DNA of 64,000 nucleotides from Lingula anatina (GCA_051362555.1 CM120649.1:6696001-6760000), one strand, 5' to 3'; positions 48,810 through 63,426 are shown, numbered from the stretch's first letter. The notes: generated by a model not told the origin, from the sequence alone. Translations and numbers: made by a program.

Positions 48810-49132
48810 TTGCACAAAATGCTTTATAGTATTTATGTTTTATGGTTATTGTAATAAGTTCTGAATCTTTGACAGGTTGCAAAAATCACTGTTATGTTAT
48901 TACTGCTGTTATATTGTCTTTTTAAATGTTTTAAATCGTTGAACTTTTTTGTATGGTATAATTTATAAACATTGTGGATGAAAAATTTTTAAAATTTTTT
49001 ATGAAAGTTTTATATGCATCTTTGACAATAATGCAATGGTTTTGAGGCATAATAGTGCAAAAATATCTCTGAGTAATGACAAAAAGAACTCACAAGCATT
49101 CCAAAACAGAGAGACAGTCACTATTTATAAGG

Positions 49133-49163
<31 letters not shown>

Positions 49164-49330
49164 CAGGCCCGTAGCCAGCAATTTCAAAGGGGGAGCATTT
49201 ATTCTGAAAAGTCGACTTTTTACCATAATATCCTCATGTACCTAGATCAAGTTTTACCCAGAGTGGACCTTTTCACAGCAAAAGGGGTGGCTCTTTCGAA
49301 CCCCCCGAACCTTCACTGGCTATGGGCCTG
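49164..49330. mobile_element. Small hAT-like MITE next to (GACA)n
   Basis: CAGGCCCGTAGCCAG../..CTGGCTATGGGCCTG TIRs. Confidence 0.7.
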
Positions 49331-50599
49331 CAGACCGGTGTGCCATATATAGATAAATGTATAACATTTTAACAATATTAATCTTTGGACAGTGTTAGAA
49401 ACAATTCATGTTACATTTTTTACAGACTTAACAGGCATTTATTTTTATATTGAAGCATTGTAGGCTAACTCCATGGGGTTTTTGCGCCAAAATGAATTTT
49501 CCTGGGGTAAAAATCTATTTTCTCTTATTCCTGAATTATTGCTTAACCCTGCCCTGCACTTGGATTCAGTGTCTTATTTCATTTTTAATTTCATACTTTA
49601 GTCTAAATGATTGTTCAGTCTTTATAATGACATATGCCATCTTGCACATTGCCTCGTTTTCATACAAGAATGGTGGGGATTTACTGTCTTTAGAATCTGC
49701 ATTGGGAAATATAAAAAGCTTAACAAGATATGAAAAATTTCAAAATATTAATTTTGGCGGGAAAAATCCATGAAGTGTCTCTTTGATAAATTAGTGAAAT
49801 AACACAATATATTTATTTTTACACGATTATTTTAACTGGAATACTAATCATGATAAAATGCACAAGCTGTGATAACTACAAAAGCACCGTATATTGTAGC
49901 ATTTCCAATTAATGTGGAGTAGATAGTCATATTATACAATTATTGATTTTGTTTGAGGTCACTAGTTGTTTTGCAGACCTCAGAGAAGCGATATTAACTA
50001 AGGACAGCCTTTTTTTCCAGACTGAATTCAAACTGAATTGTTCTATTATAAGTATCATAAAATAATTACTGTTATTGAATGAATTTTTTATTTACTAATT
50101 GAAACCAGAAAAAGATACAATTAGAATCAGGAATTGTATAATTCAAATTGTGACTGTTCTACAAGTGTGGCATTAATATTTTAATATGTCATTATTATAC
50201 TAAATATAATGTATTCAATTCAATAAATTTGACAAACAAAATTGCTTGAAATGTTTCCTTTTTTCTCTCCATGTGGCACCACTGAAAGTGATTATTAAAA
50301 CACCTCAGATTTATGTGACTCACTTTCAAAAATGCGTAACGGAAGAAAATGGAATATTTAAAAGTTAGTTATATTATTGTATGAATTTAATATTGACTCT
50401 AGTATCAAATATTGCTGAAGACCCAACTTTGAAAGTGTGAGTGAGCAAAATTTCGTCTTCAAAGCGGTCGCAAGCACTATTACAAAGTCAGTTATTTGCC
50501 CATAGGGGGCCTATTTATTTATTTATTAATTCATTTATTATTCGGGTTTTTTAACATTAAGGTTTCCACAAGTGTGAACTTTAAAAAAATATTTTCCAG

Positions 50600-52663
50600 A
50601 TGACGGAAACCGAATTTGACGGTGTTAAAATTCGACTGTATGAACCTAAGACGAGGGCGGAGAAGCCAACTGGTGCCTTTGTATTCTACCACGGTGGAGG
50701 ATGGTCCGTCGGGAGCGCAAGTATGTAGTAGTTTGAAAAGAAATACCCCTTTTCCATTCTTTATTTAGGAAAATTTAAAAATGAAAGAGATAACCCTTGA
50801 TCGTCTGCTCAGAAACTCGGGCTATTTTGGTTACAATGAATGATAGTACAAATGGCAGTTTCAAGAGCCCTTCGCAACTTTTATGGACGAAGAAGAGACA
50901 GAATGACCACAAGAACATGCATGTACATTTATCCGTAAATGAAGAGGTATTTACGCAAACTGAGATGGAAGTAGCCACGCTTTTTCAAAATCAACCCAAT
51001 TTTGCCAATGGCGGTAGAAAAGCGGTTGGTAACGCAAAACAATTAAAGAAAAAAGCGCAGCGACTTATATGTATACGTTTTGCGAGATGCAGATGACAAA
51101 GAAGTGATGGCTAATTATATGTTTCTACTTACCTGAAAATATTGGGATTCTATAAATTCAGTTTTCCTGAGAAGTCAAACGTCTTTTCGTTTCAGGAGCC
51201 TATGATTATCATACCCGGTCGATTGCAGAAAAATTGAATATAGTAGTGGTGTCTGTGGAGTAAGTCTCTGTCTCTCTCTCAACCACCCCCTCTCTCTTTT
51301 TCCCTTTCTCTGTATCTGTCTCTCTCATGCACGCACGCACTCACACGCAAGCACACACGATGTTACAAAATTTAAACCCACTGCAATAAATAAGTCGACC
51401 CTTTGCATGTCTGTATTTGTTATTAGCGAGAAAAGAAAGTACCATTATTAACAAATACAACTACTTTTACAACCTTCTTTTTTCAATAGTAAACTTGCCG
51501 CCTGAAATTTTTTCAGTTTCCGCCTAGCCCCAGAGCACAAGTTTCCAGCTGCCTTAGATGACTGCACTGCCGCCACGTTACACTTGCTGAGAAATGCGGC
51601 GCAGTACAACGTCGATCCCAACAGAGTGGCTATAGGCGGTAAGTAGGTTGTCTCTTAGGGCCTTTTCCATTTTTTTCTTAACCAACAGTGTCACAAATAC
51701 TTAATGGGTGGGACTGCCATGCCTCGTGTTTTATAAACGGGTATTCTAGCAGAGAGACCCATTCCCTGATCATGTTCTGTTAAATAACATGCAGGCCTAC
51801 TTTCTACCCTAGGCCAGCTAGGTGGTGACGTTATTTCTGTGCAAAAATTCTCGTTGTACAGAACAAAAACGTTCACATATTTAGCCAGAAAATATCTGTG
51901 AATACCTAGTGAAAAACTTCTCTGTTCCCGCCTTGTTAGATGGTAAATAACAGTTATGTTTAAGGCTAGCGCCGTGGTACTTTGCGTTTCAGGGGACAGT
52001 GCCGGCGGAAACCTTGCCGCGACCGTATCTCTCAAGCTCCGCGACATGAAGACAAGTCTGCGACCGGTTCTTCAGCTTCTGATCTACCCTAACGTCCAGT
52101 CACTGGACCTCTGGTCGCCGTCTTCCCAACAAAATGAAAAGCAGAAACTCTATCTCGGGAGAAAGTGGATGGCGATCTTCAAAATGGCGTACGCGCTAGG
52201 TCGCGATGGCAACGACACCATCAGAGAAATGCTTTTCCAAAACCGACACTTGTCAGCCAAAACATTTGCCAAATACCACAAATATTTAGACTATGTGCGT
52301 CTTCTCGATAGGGACTCTATTCCCGAGGACTTTGAAAATCAATCGACAAGAAGTCGGCCTATAAAAGAGCCAATTTCTGCGGAGTTTGAAGACGCCATCA
52401 CCAATCCTTACTTCTCTCCATTACTGGCGGCGACTCTACGTGAGGTACCACCGGCGTGTTTGTTCACGGCAGAGTACGATCACCTGAGAGACGAAGGTTT
52501 CCTTTACAAGCGTCGCCTGGAAGACGCTAGCGTTCCTGTGACACATGTTCATTATATCCCGGCATGGCACGGGTTTTTCTCTACTCTTCATAGGAATACA
52601 GATATATACAAAAGATTGATGAGAGATATTTGTGACTGTTTGTCGAAAGGATTAAAACTTTGA
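50600..52663 (+). CDS. Third esterase module: exons 3-6 only (50600-50720, 51196-51259, 51517-51638, 51993-52663); no own exons 1-2
   Basis: In-phase GT-AG exons give [40 protein letters not shown] with no stops. A good acceptor (attttccag) precedes 50600, and the exon starts with an in-frame ATG. Confidence 0.85.
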
Positions 52664-53640
52664 CTTTTGTATCATAGTTATGTTGTGTACGGATATGTTT
52701 TTGAAATTGTTTTATCGTTTTTACGGAATTCATGCCTAGGATATTTTGTCTTTGTAATTTGTTTTTAATGTTAACTAATTATTTTAGAGGGAAACATTGA
52801 GAAAGATCTAGCATAGTGCGTTCATTTAGGATATCAAATGATTTAATAATTAAAGTTTAATAAGTTCAAAGTAATGAAATGCCTATACCGTACAAACAAA
52901 CATTTAAAAAGGAAATTCAACGCATTTCGATTTATAATTATATTTTATGAATGAGGAATAAAATTAATGTTTCCAATTATATCGTAGGTCTGAAATGTTA
53001 TTATTCTCTTTACTTTGACAAGTTTATTAATGTGAAAATGTTGTAAATTGATTGAAATTGTGTTAAATATTGCGTTGAATTGTATTTAGAGAATAAAAAC
53101 AAGTATAAATATTAAAACCTATCCAGAATTTGAGAGAAGAATAATACATTCGGATAATTTAAAATTACGAGGTTATATATTTTAAGTGCATGTTACAAAG
53201 GCGTCCTTTCAGAATGACATAGACACATTTATGTAAAAGCTCGTGTACGCAGGAATATTACCACGATATGAGATTAACTGACATATCCACCAGAATACGT
53301 TTTTCGTGTTTTATTATGGAACATTTTGATGTACAGTTCACTCCGTAAAACTTGGACACTGTGATTGGAAATTTATTCGAGTTACTCGAATCTTCTAGTA
53401 ATTATTAGAAACTGTTCACATTTATTTCCACTAATCCCAAAAGAAAAATCCGTCTCGTTAAATATGTTCGAGTTTACACAATAACCTATGCTATAAAGTA
53501 CGCAGTAATGAGAAGTTTACTGTATTTCTTATACACCTACTCTCTTTCAGGGACACAAATTGATTTTTACTAGATATTCACAGATATGTCTCTAATTAAA
53601 CGACGGGGCTTTTCAGCACTGTGACACGTTGTATTTCCAG

Positions 53641-54308
53641 GTGACAGCTCAGGCGGAAACTTGGTGGCGGCTGTGACGTTAAAGCTCCGAGACCTTGCAG
53701 TCACACCGGCCCTACGCCTCCAACTGCTCATCTACCCCAGTGTCCAAGCGCTGGACTTCTGGACGGCGTCCTCTCAGCAGAACAACAAGTACAACCTCTT
53801 CTTGACCAGAACGCGCACCTCTAAGTTTAAGATGGTGTACGCGCTGGGCACTGAAGGAAACGCCAGCGTGCTTCACCTCATCACGCAGAACGCACATCTC
53901 TCGGATGCGACCTTCTCGAAGTACAAAAAGTACCTCGATCCCAATCTTATTGATAAGAGTTTCATCCCCGATCATTTTGTACCGCCAACTTTTAAAGGTC
54001 CAGCCAAACCACCCATCTCGAAAGACTTTGAAGACATTGTGACTGATCCATATTTCTCCCCCCTCCTCGCTCCTTCTCTTGAGGGAGTTCCCAGCGCGTG
54101 CCTCATCACCGCCGAGTACGACATTCTGAGAGATGACGGGTTGCTGTACAAGAGGAGGCTGAAGGAGGCTGGGGTGCCTGTCACACACCACCACTATCTC
54201 CCTGCCTGGCATACCTTTTTTAAGACAACCCATAGGGACACAAAGATCTATAAGACGGCATTTAGGGACATTTGTCAATGTTTAAAAGATGGTTTGGATT
54301 TAAAGTAA
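53641..54308 (+). CDS. Orphan esterase terminal exon (exon 6 homolog), candidate alternative last exon
   Basis: Acceptor gtatttccag|GT GAC AGC TCA GGC, same phase as the other exon 6s. Open to its stop with [18 protein letters not shown] and AWHTFF. No exon 3-5 homologs in 52664-53640. Confidence 0.8.
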
Positions 54309-54342
54309 ATAAGATTGAACATTGAAGATAGAATACGTACAG

Positions 54343-54940
54343 ACCACCCTGAGCTTCAGAGCTGACTTGACACTAACCTTTTCACTGTAGCCTATCTCCA
54401 TCGTGTCAAGTAACCTCTGACGAAAATAGTTTGACCTAGTTTATATAAACCAATCGAATCCATGTTTCAAAATTTTTCACCAAAGTTTGGTGAAAACGCT
54501 GATTGGTTGATCGTCAATCGGCAATCCTCGGCTGATTCCGCAAGCTCCATACTAACAACAAAGTTATTGTCGAGTGCGGAGACATCCGAGTAGTGCCGAG
54601 TGGTTCCGAGTGCATAACCGTACACAAAGAAAGCATGGAGTATATCGGAATTGAAACCAGAGCAGTATGATGAGGGATGATGTATTTTGCGTGCTGCCCA
54701 CAGGTTACGGCAAGTCCCTGATATTCAGCCTTATCTTTGATTGGTCCGGATTTGAACAAAGCGCGCTTTGACTCGTTCGCGTTCATTGGCTAGATCGTTC
54801 AATGAGTCATTGAGTGTGGGCCTTAAATTTGATTGGCGGGCGGCGGGGGCACTCGAATCTGGTCAGAGGTTACTTGACACGATGGAGATAGGCTACAGTG
54901 AAAAGGTTAGTGTCAAGTCAGCTCTGAAGCTCAGGGTGGT
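54343..54940. mobile_element. Young MITE, perfect 79-bp TIRs, 4-bp TSD ACAG
   Basis: 54343-54421 is the exact reverse complement of 54862-54940; ACAG at 54339-54342 and 54941-54944. Confidence 0.9.
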
Positions 54941-55066
54941 ACAGACACGAAACAGCGAGAAAACTACAAAAACAAAATAGAAGTTGTGACATTGAAATGT
55001 AACTTCACAACAAAAGTTCAAAATAAAACCTGGAAAATGTCAATTTGTGAAAAATAAAATTTTACA

Positions 55067-55112
<46 letters not shown>

Positions 55113-58100
55113 GAATAAATAAATAATTGAAATAAATAACTTTTCGACCTCGAGCCGTATTTTAGTCCTATGAATCAATTATTATAAATTTGAAGATAAA
55201 TAGTAACAGTACTTTACCTTATTTTGTATGCGAACAAAACTCCAGGAAAATTGCATGGCGGTGACAGACAAGGTCTGCCCATAATAAAAAGGGGATGCAA
55301 TAGGGAGAGGTGATCGTGTTTGCGCCCATATAGATTTGTACGACTCTGCAGCGACGTTAACGTTGTAGAATACCAAACCATATTCTTGCACCCATCAATA
55401 ATCGGACCAATGAAATGCCCATATAAACAGTGCGGAAACCGATCACTTTGTACACCGGAATGCATCAGACGCCCTATGAATGTTCAAAGTGACTCATTGT
55501 GTTAGAGGAGATCAGGGTAGGTACTAGCATCTTCCCCTCGGAACAGTTCTAAACAAAAACGTCCCGACAGATACACGGCCCGATTGATACATTTCGATAC
55601 TTGAGCATTCCAATAATTTTTCGTGCCTATTTATCCACGTACCGAACTGCATGTCGGGAGACCACGTGTAATTTTCTGGTAGAATATTTAAAGTGTAATT
55701 CAACACGTGGTCTTCAGTCAAATGTACGTGTAGGCCTATTTTGTTGACGGTCTACATTAGTCAGCGATTAGTGAACAGTTTCAGCCACAGCTCCTCACCT
55801 AAAACAAGTTATACCCGTCGTAATTTACATAACAATAAGTTGCCCATCGTAGTGCGAGCTGTCTTCCAGAATGCTCACTTGGCAGTAAGACACAGTCAGG
55901 TGAAGACACGTAACAGGATCCGTGGCGCAGTCGCAAGGTCGGAGCTTGTTTAAAACACAGAATCAGATACGTTTTGTGAGTATCCCTACTTTTACAGTAA
56001 CCATCGTCATCAAATATTAAAGGCGTAGGCAAACGAATCTTTGTCTCTTTGTACTAATATTATTGTACATACTCAGTTTTCGGCCTCAATGCTACGCAGG
56101 TAAGGCCTCATTACACTGTGTGTTAGAAACTCGAGGGACATCCATATCCAAGGGAAGCTGTCCTCCGTCACACCTACAGTAACGTAGTGAGGCAATTGTA
56201 ATTTAAGACCTTTTGCATCGGGTCACGTACCACTTTGATAACGTTTTAATCTATTTATTGCACATATCCTCTCCTTGTGCACGCCTTTTGTAAGTCGCGC
56301 CACATATAGCCTCGATAGCCTCTTATACGTTGTGTTATGAGGCTTTACCTGTGTAGCAAAAGAGGAACAGCGCTCTCAGCTTACCTTTGAAGAGAAGAAA
56401 ACGTGAGTTTGCATGAAATCTAGCTCTTCCCATATTTCTTGGTTCGGTATGAACATTTTTGCACGACTCTGGCAGATAAAAGAGCATATGTCATTATGTG
56501 GCTGAAAATAATATTTTTTATGTAAACACGAAGAGCACTGACTAATTTAGATTACAGCTAGTGCTTGTAACTGTTCTGAGCTTCTGACCCAGAGATAAAA
56601 GTGCACGTGCCTGCTTAAAGCCAAATCCGAGGCCGAGGATAAGTGTGCCCCATTAACGTGCCAAATTTTATCAACAATTGACCACAGTAACGATGTTTTT
56701 ATGACAGATTAAAGAAACGTTTCATTTCAACAATCAAATCATATTGTCTCTTTTTGATTTCATTGCTTTTTATTAGTTTTAAAGCAATCGTAGTAAATTT
56801 GAATTATTTTCAGTCTTATATATAACCATCGCTGAAACCTTTATGCAGCGTGATTTTGAGAGATGAATTATTTTCTCCTAGCTTAATTGTTCAGACGTAA
56901 GGTTGCATATACCGGGTAGATACATGCATTATATATCACATGTTTGTTTCAGATGAGACTTTGGCAATCTGTGTGTGCTCAAGATCGACGATCTTTCAAA
57001 TATCTTTTTAAAAGGTAAATATATTTAATAACACCCACATAAACAGGTACAGTACATATAAATTGCTCTTCATGCCACGATTAAAAGATACATGTTCTAC
57101 ACGGATTGTCTACCGTCTCCAGTATGCCGTATTTGTTGTTCATCCATGACACGATGAATCAAAATCATGTGAAATATATTTGATGTATTCTTCAAAGAGA
57201 ATTTGTGCAGTTTATTGCCGATCGTAGTAATTACCTCCATGAATGAAAGAAGCGTATTCAACGTTCATTTTTTTAACAATATATTTCAAATAGCTATATC
57301 ATTAACTCATTTCAGATCACAGTTTTGGCGTAAGGCAGCCTTGATTTTTTATTTTGCTAATTTTTGCTAGTTCAGCCTGAACTTTGGACAAGCATAATTT
57401 CAATTATAATTGTCCTCTATGTAATATTAATGCATTGTTCGTATTTTATAAGAGCCTGTCCGTACTGTAAAAAATTGAAAACAATTTTTCTCATTTCAGA
57501 AGCCCAACGAGGCACTGCACAGCATGCGCCCGCAAGCAACCTAGCCTTTGGTTCTCATTCAGGAACAAGCCACAAATAATGCATCTATTGTATTAAAACT
57601 GAATAAATACTTCTGTAATTCTGCGTTTTACATTTTGATTTGAAATGACGATAAAGATAAAGGTAATGATAACTGGAAAAGAGTAAGACTTTATAGGTAT
57701 GATAACTATTTGTCAACTACAAAATTCATTGTAGTGCATCTGATCTTTAGATGTTCTCTTCCAGATAGACGGTATTTTTGGTGGCACCAGTAGATATTTT
57801 AAGTTGAGATTGCCATTCTGTAAATTATAGAATTGAGCATCTAAAAAAACTTAATCCACTGAAAGGAAATATCTGATTAAACTATTTTCCAACAACCCAT
57901 ATATCTGAATTCAATTGTATAAATGTACAAGCTTGCTTTTTGAAAAGTTGATTCTAAATTTTGTAATATCCATTGGTAAAATTATTTCGTCCTCATGGAT
58001 ATCAATTTCCTTAATTTGCATAAATAGTACAGGTCCATTTTTGACGACTTTTGACTAACCCAAAAACTTTATTTATTGTTTCATAAGAATATTTCAATTA

Positions 58101-58515
58101 AGATATTGAACAGAAAGATAAAAAAGCGGAATGATTACCACCTTACTTATCCATGCTTTAAAAACTACAACAGACAAAATTTGCCCGACAGTTTGGCCTT
58201 TTTTCGAGTGGTAAGATTGATCACATTTTTCATTTTTTGTACTTTGCAAATAGTTTAGCATAATAAGAATGGTGTAAAAATTCCCAAAAGATCTAAATGT
58301 GCACTTTGAAAATTTTTTGATTTTGTCAAATTATTGAATTACCAACTTTACGAACAATCATTTGATGTCTCTGTCTGTCAAAAGTTAGGAGAGCTACTCT
58401 GTATTCTTATTGTTCGGTGGTTCAATTATTTTATAATTGCTTGCTCGTTTCATATTCTTTCTTTATATCATTATAATAATTTAATATGACAATTCAACTG
58501 CCATTCTTCTCCATC

Positions 58516-58990
58516 TTTCACCCCTCAGATGGAATAGACTCGCCTCACCTGTCACCCCTCAAAAGGAATGGATTCGCCTAACCTGTCATCCCTTAAATGG
58601 AAAGGACTGGTCCCACCTGTCACCCCTCAAATGGAATGGACTGGCCCCACCTGTCACCCCTCAAATGGAATGGACTGGCCCCACCTGTCATCCCTCAAAT
58701 GGAATGGACTGGCCCCACCTGTCACCCCTCAAATGGAATGGACTTGCCCCACTTGTCACCCCTCAAATGGAATGGACTGGCGCCACCTCTCCCCCTCAAA
58801 TGTAATGGACTCGCCCCACATGTCACCCCTCAAATGTAATGGACTCGCCCCACATGTCACCCCTAAAATGGAATGGATTGGCCCCACCTGTCACCCATCA
58901 TATGGAATGGACTGGCCCATCTTTCAACCCCCCCCCCCCCCAAATGGAAAGGACTCGCCCCACCTGTCTCCCTCAGGAGGAATGGACTAG
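58516..58990. repeat. 34-bp minisatellite, ~13 copies
   Basis: Unit CACCCCTCAAATGGAATGGACTGGCCCCACCTGT. Confidence 0.9.
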
Positions 58991-59895
58991 CCCGATGGCA
59001 ATACTGTCATACAAATGAAATTCATTTAAAACTATAAAACATTTTTCAGTATAGCATTTATTATATGACAACATTAACAACAGAAAATTTAGACTATAGA
59101 TGTATTAAGTGTGTGTCCACGAGAAAACCAAACCAAATGTAGAAAATGCGGCAAGGTGGGGGTGAACGGATTTACATCATATTTGGTGGGTTTGAACCTT
59201 TATATGAACAATATCTGAGGCTACAATATTTCCTGAAAAAAATCCCTACTTACAGAGATATGGCCATTTACAATTTGGGGGTATTATCAACCAAAAATTC
59301 TTCTGAAAAACAGGGTTATATTGATTGGCCTTAAAGTTTATACAGGTGTCACTAAATGATTTAGTTTGGTGATATATTATAACCTAAAGATAGGGGATTA
59401 AAATGATATACACTTTTTTCACTCTCTTCGTTTCCATGGTAACAAACCAAGCGTTTTTCTCAGGCCTACAAACCACATGCTTTTAACACCCCCCTTCTAT
59501 TTTTGACAATATCTTCATCTTCACAGGTCTTTGGGGTAAAGCGTGTTCAGGACTAACAGATAACTCATTATTCTATTTATACATGAAATCAAAACTTACT
59601 GCTGTTCTACAACTTGTCCGTTGTAACAGATAGAACATGACCTAATTTCTTCATTTTTCGTAAATATATCCGGACACATATATCGGTGCTCTCAACTTCA
59701 GCTATCTCTTTCAAGTCAACAAATGGTTTAAAACACTGTAAGTTGAACTTTTTATTTTCATTTTACTTATTTTAATTTTTTTCTGGTTAAAACAAGCATC
59801 TAACACATTTTAAAATCATGTGAAACTAATGTACTAACGTCAGAACAACACAACGTCATTATTCAACATGGCGGAAATTGCAGACTGTTCGTTTG

Positions 59896-60473
59896 GGTCG
59901 ACGTTAGTTCCAAGACTCAAGTCTAAGGTCCACCACGCACTTGCATTGCGCATGTGAAGGTCGTATATAAATAGGTCATCGCTAATGACGCTATATGATC
60001 TATGGCATGATATGTGTAATTGCCAATGGGGTATAACAGCGTTGAGGGTCTGCCGCTATATTTTTCATTCAATTGAAATTTTTGTTATTCAATGTTTCAT
60101 ATTCATGCAATATTCTTTTTTCCATTCAATGTTGTCTCATATTTTCTTGCAGTATTTTTCATGCAATTCTTTCATGCAATTATTTTTTCATTCAATGTTG
60201 TTTCAAATTTTCTTTTTTTTTCCTTCAATGTTGTCTCATATTTTCATGCAGTAATATTAATACATCAGTGTATGGACCTTCCAGCACTAACATCCCATAG
60301 ACAGATTTTTAGGGCAGTGCCACAGCTCTGTATGAATTCTGGTGAAAACTTTCTTCAATTTTTTTTTCTTAAAATATAATTTTCACATAGTGTTTATAAT
60401 GCATTAGAATAAAATTATAAACATAAATAAAATACGTAAAAATTTAGTGACAGTGTGGCAGGCTTGTGTGTTT

Positions 60474-60516
<43 letters not shown>

Positions 60517-62579
60517 TTTTAATACTGATTTTTAATTTTGAAAATCTATATTTTTTTTCAGGATAAGTTTAACAAACTAGAACTATATACTAGTATAAAA
60601 TAGTAATCATGATAATAAAATCCTGAAATTTGAGATATGAAAATTAAACCTGCATGGATATAGAATTTCATTTTTTTTACTGTACATGCTTTAAAGGATT
60701 TTAAGTAAACTTCATACTCTAGTATCCTGATAGCAGTAGGCCTACTTGTGCGAATGCAAAAAAAATCTTTATTACAACAGAAAAACAATCAAATGCACAA
60801 ACATATGAATAAGTTGTTACAGTTTTCCAGTTTTATGCAATCCATGTTTGCAAACCTCTTATTTTTTTAAACAGTGCAAATAAAAAAAATGTTTTTCTCA
60901 TCTGATTTGCTTATACTCTTTGCCTTATGCAAGTTATATATTGGTTTTGGATTATTTCAACACATTATGCCCACTGAAATACATGGAGTCTGTAACATGC
61001 CTGAGAATCTTTCAAAATGTTCAGTGATGTTTGTCAAAGTTAGCAGACATGCTACCGATGGCTCAGATGCAGTAAAACTACCGCTGAGGAGAGTTGAGGA
61101 ATACTTTCGTGTTACCAATGTCAATTAACATTGACCTCCTAATTCACAGAGGCCAAGGGACTCTGTTACGTCTGGAAGTCAGAAACGTGGTCTTCTCCTG
61201 CTAAATCATAGATAACCTGAAGTATTTTTATCACATTTGTAAATACAATAGTTCCCTTGCTCAGTTATACCAATCAAAATCTGTGGTGTTCAACTTTTGG
61301 TGTGAATTTTAAGTTAGTCACGCTTAATAATCAGCACAATTTTAAAGATGTCATAATACACGTACTATAATTAGTACTATCTCTATAATCAGCACTATCA
61401 ATGTCATTGTTGTATTACATGGTGACCCCCAAACAGAGAAGAACCTATAAATTTTTTTTTCTACGAAGGTTTTTTCCCTTGGTTGATTAAGAGATGTTGG
61501 AAAGATTATTGTTCCAATATTTCATGTACTAACTAGATTTGTACAGTATACCCTGAAAGAGAGAGAAAAAAATGTCTTGTGGTTCTCTATTTTTTCAGTT
61601 ATTTCTACTGTCAGGCCATGTTAAATTATTTACACATTTTGAATTTCGTTTTAAAACTTGCAATAACAGTTTACAATGGAATTTCATATTTATTAATGTA
61701 ACACCAAAGTCGTATCACGTTTAATCAATGATAATATTAATAATATGTTTCTGATGCAGATTCCTCAATTATTTTTCAATAAAACTGAGAATTTTGTTCA
61801 ACTTATAAATATGAATTTTCTCATAAATATTTCGAAAAAAAAATTAAAATGTCCATAAACTTGTACAGACTTGATGATCAGACGGATGATGTACAATCTG
61901 ATTATGCTACATTTTCGATCAGTACTTTGTATTCTGTCCATCCTTGCCTGAAGTTTGTACCTGTTAACTTGCAATGGTTAATGAGAGCAAATATAACAGG
62001 ACCAATTTAACATGGTACTTTGTTGGATACTTCAATAAAAGTCTGTTTAAAATCTCTTTGTTTTCTGAAACTAACCAGACTGCAACAAACTTCTGATAAC
62101 AAACGTGAATTTAAACCTTAAATATAAGGAAAATACAAATTCTGAGGCATACCCATACCCCATACCCCCAATAAAAAAATTAATTTGAAGGAGGATTCTT
62201 CCCTTAGTTCATGATCACAACAGGTCCAGTGATCTACAAGGATACAATGGAACATTTTTTCCATGCAGTGAATCTTAGCTTGTGAATGAAGCTAATGACC
62301 GAAGACTAAAATGTAGGCCTGCAACAAACGAAGAGGAATGATATTTCACAACTATTGCAGCAGTTTTGTGAACCCAAAGGTACTGTACCAGTACCTTGTA
62401 CATGCAGGGCCTGAAACCTGAAATGTATATAGGTGAAATAAGAGTAACGTATTCTGTAATGTACACATGAATAAGAATTGTTTTTATTTTTTTGTACATA
62501 ATCCTACAGCTAAACAGTAAATCCTTGTATTATGTGGTTTGGGGTCAATCATTCTGCAAAATGAAACATATGCTTTCAA

Positions 62580-62611
<32 letters not shown>

Positions 62612-63426
62612 ATTATATATATATATCTTCACTATCAACTAGCCAAAAGTCACAGGGTGGGTTTTCCATATTTCCCTATATAACCTGCCGCACTGGTAGA
62701 GGGTACCGTTTGTCCAAAATTTGCAAAGGGGTCCAACTATGCTGAGTGCTTACACCATGCAGATTGTGTAACAAATGAGTTGAATACCTTCCTGATGCAG
62801 ATGCCGCCACAATGTATATACGTAGTCCTATGCACGAGAAAAAATGAGACAATTCTGCTGAACAAGAATTAAGCCAATATTTTACCATTAAACTTTCAAT
62901 TACTTCTAACATATTATTCATAAAGTATGCTGAAAGGAAAGATGCTGAAATGATCACAAAATATCAAATAAATAGCTTGAATGATCCAGTGGAGTTTCTT
63001 GGCAAATTTCTTGAATTTATAATAATTGTCTTTAAAGCCAATAAAAGAAAAAAAATCTACAAATTCTTTTTTTCTTAACTAGCGAAATTAATGTCATCCA
63101 CAACATTTGATGGGGACACTATGGTATATCCAAATGGAAGTTATGCATTGGTTAGAATACAACAATCATGATATTTATTTTTTTTTCAACAGGAATGATT
63201 TAGATATAAAAATTACAGCTTGAATTACTGGTATAATAATTATAAGAAGAAGAAGAGGAATAACAAGGGACATCACAAAAATCTAATAATATTTTTCAAT
63301 TTTGCATTCTGGGCTAGCTTAGTGTGACTTTTAAAATATGACAATATAATATTTTTAAAATAAATGTGTGTTTTTAAAGAGAGAAAATAAACAATTAACC
63401 TGCCTCTAAAATTTTTTAATCTACAA

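Noticed and set aside
53712-54278. 188-aa minus-strand ORF (and 40242, 48491, 48534)
   Set aside because: Antisense to esterase exon 6; no independent features.
58516-58990. 34-bp repeats as a CRISPR array, or ORFs 58568-58990 as a gene
   Set aside because: Units are contiguous with no unique spacers, the context is eukaryotic and there are no cas genes; the ORFs are translations of the minisatellite.
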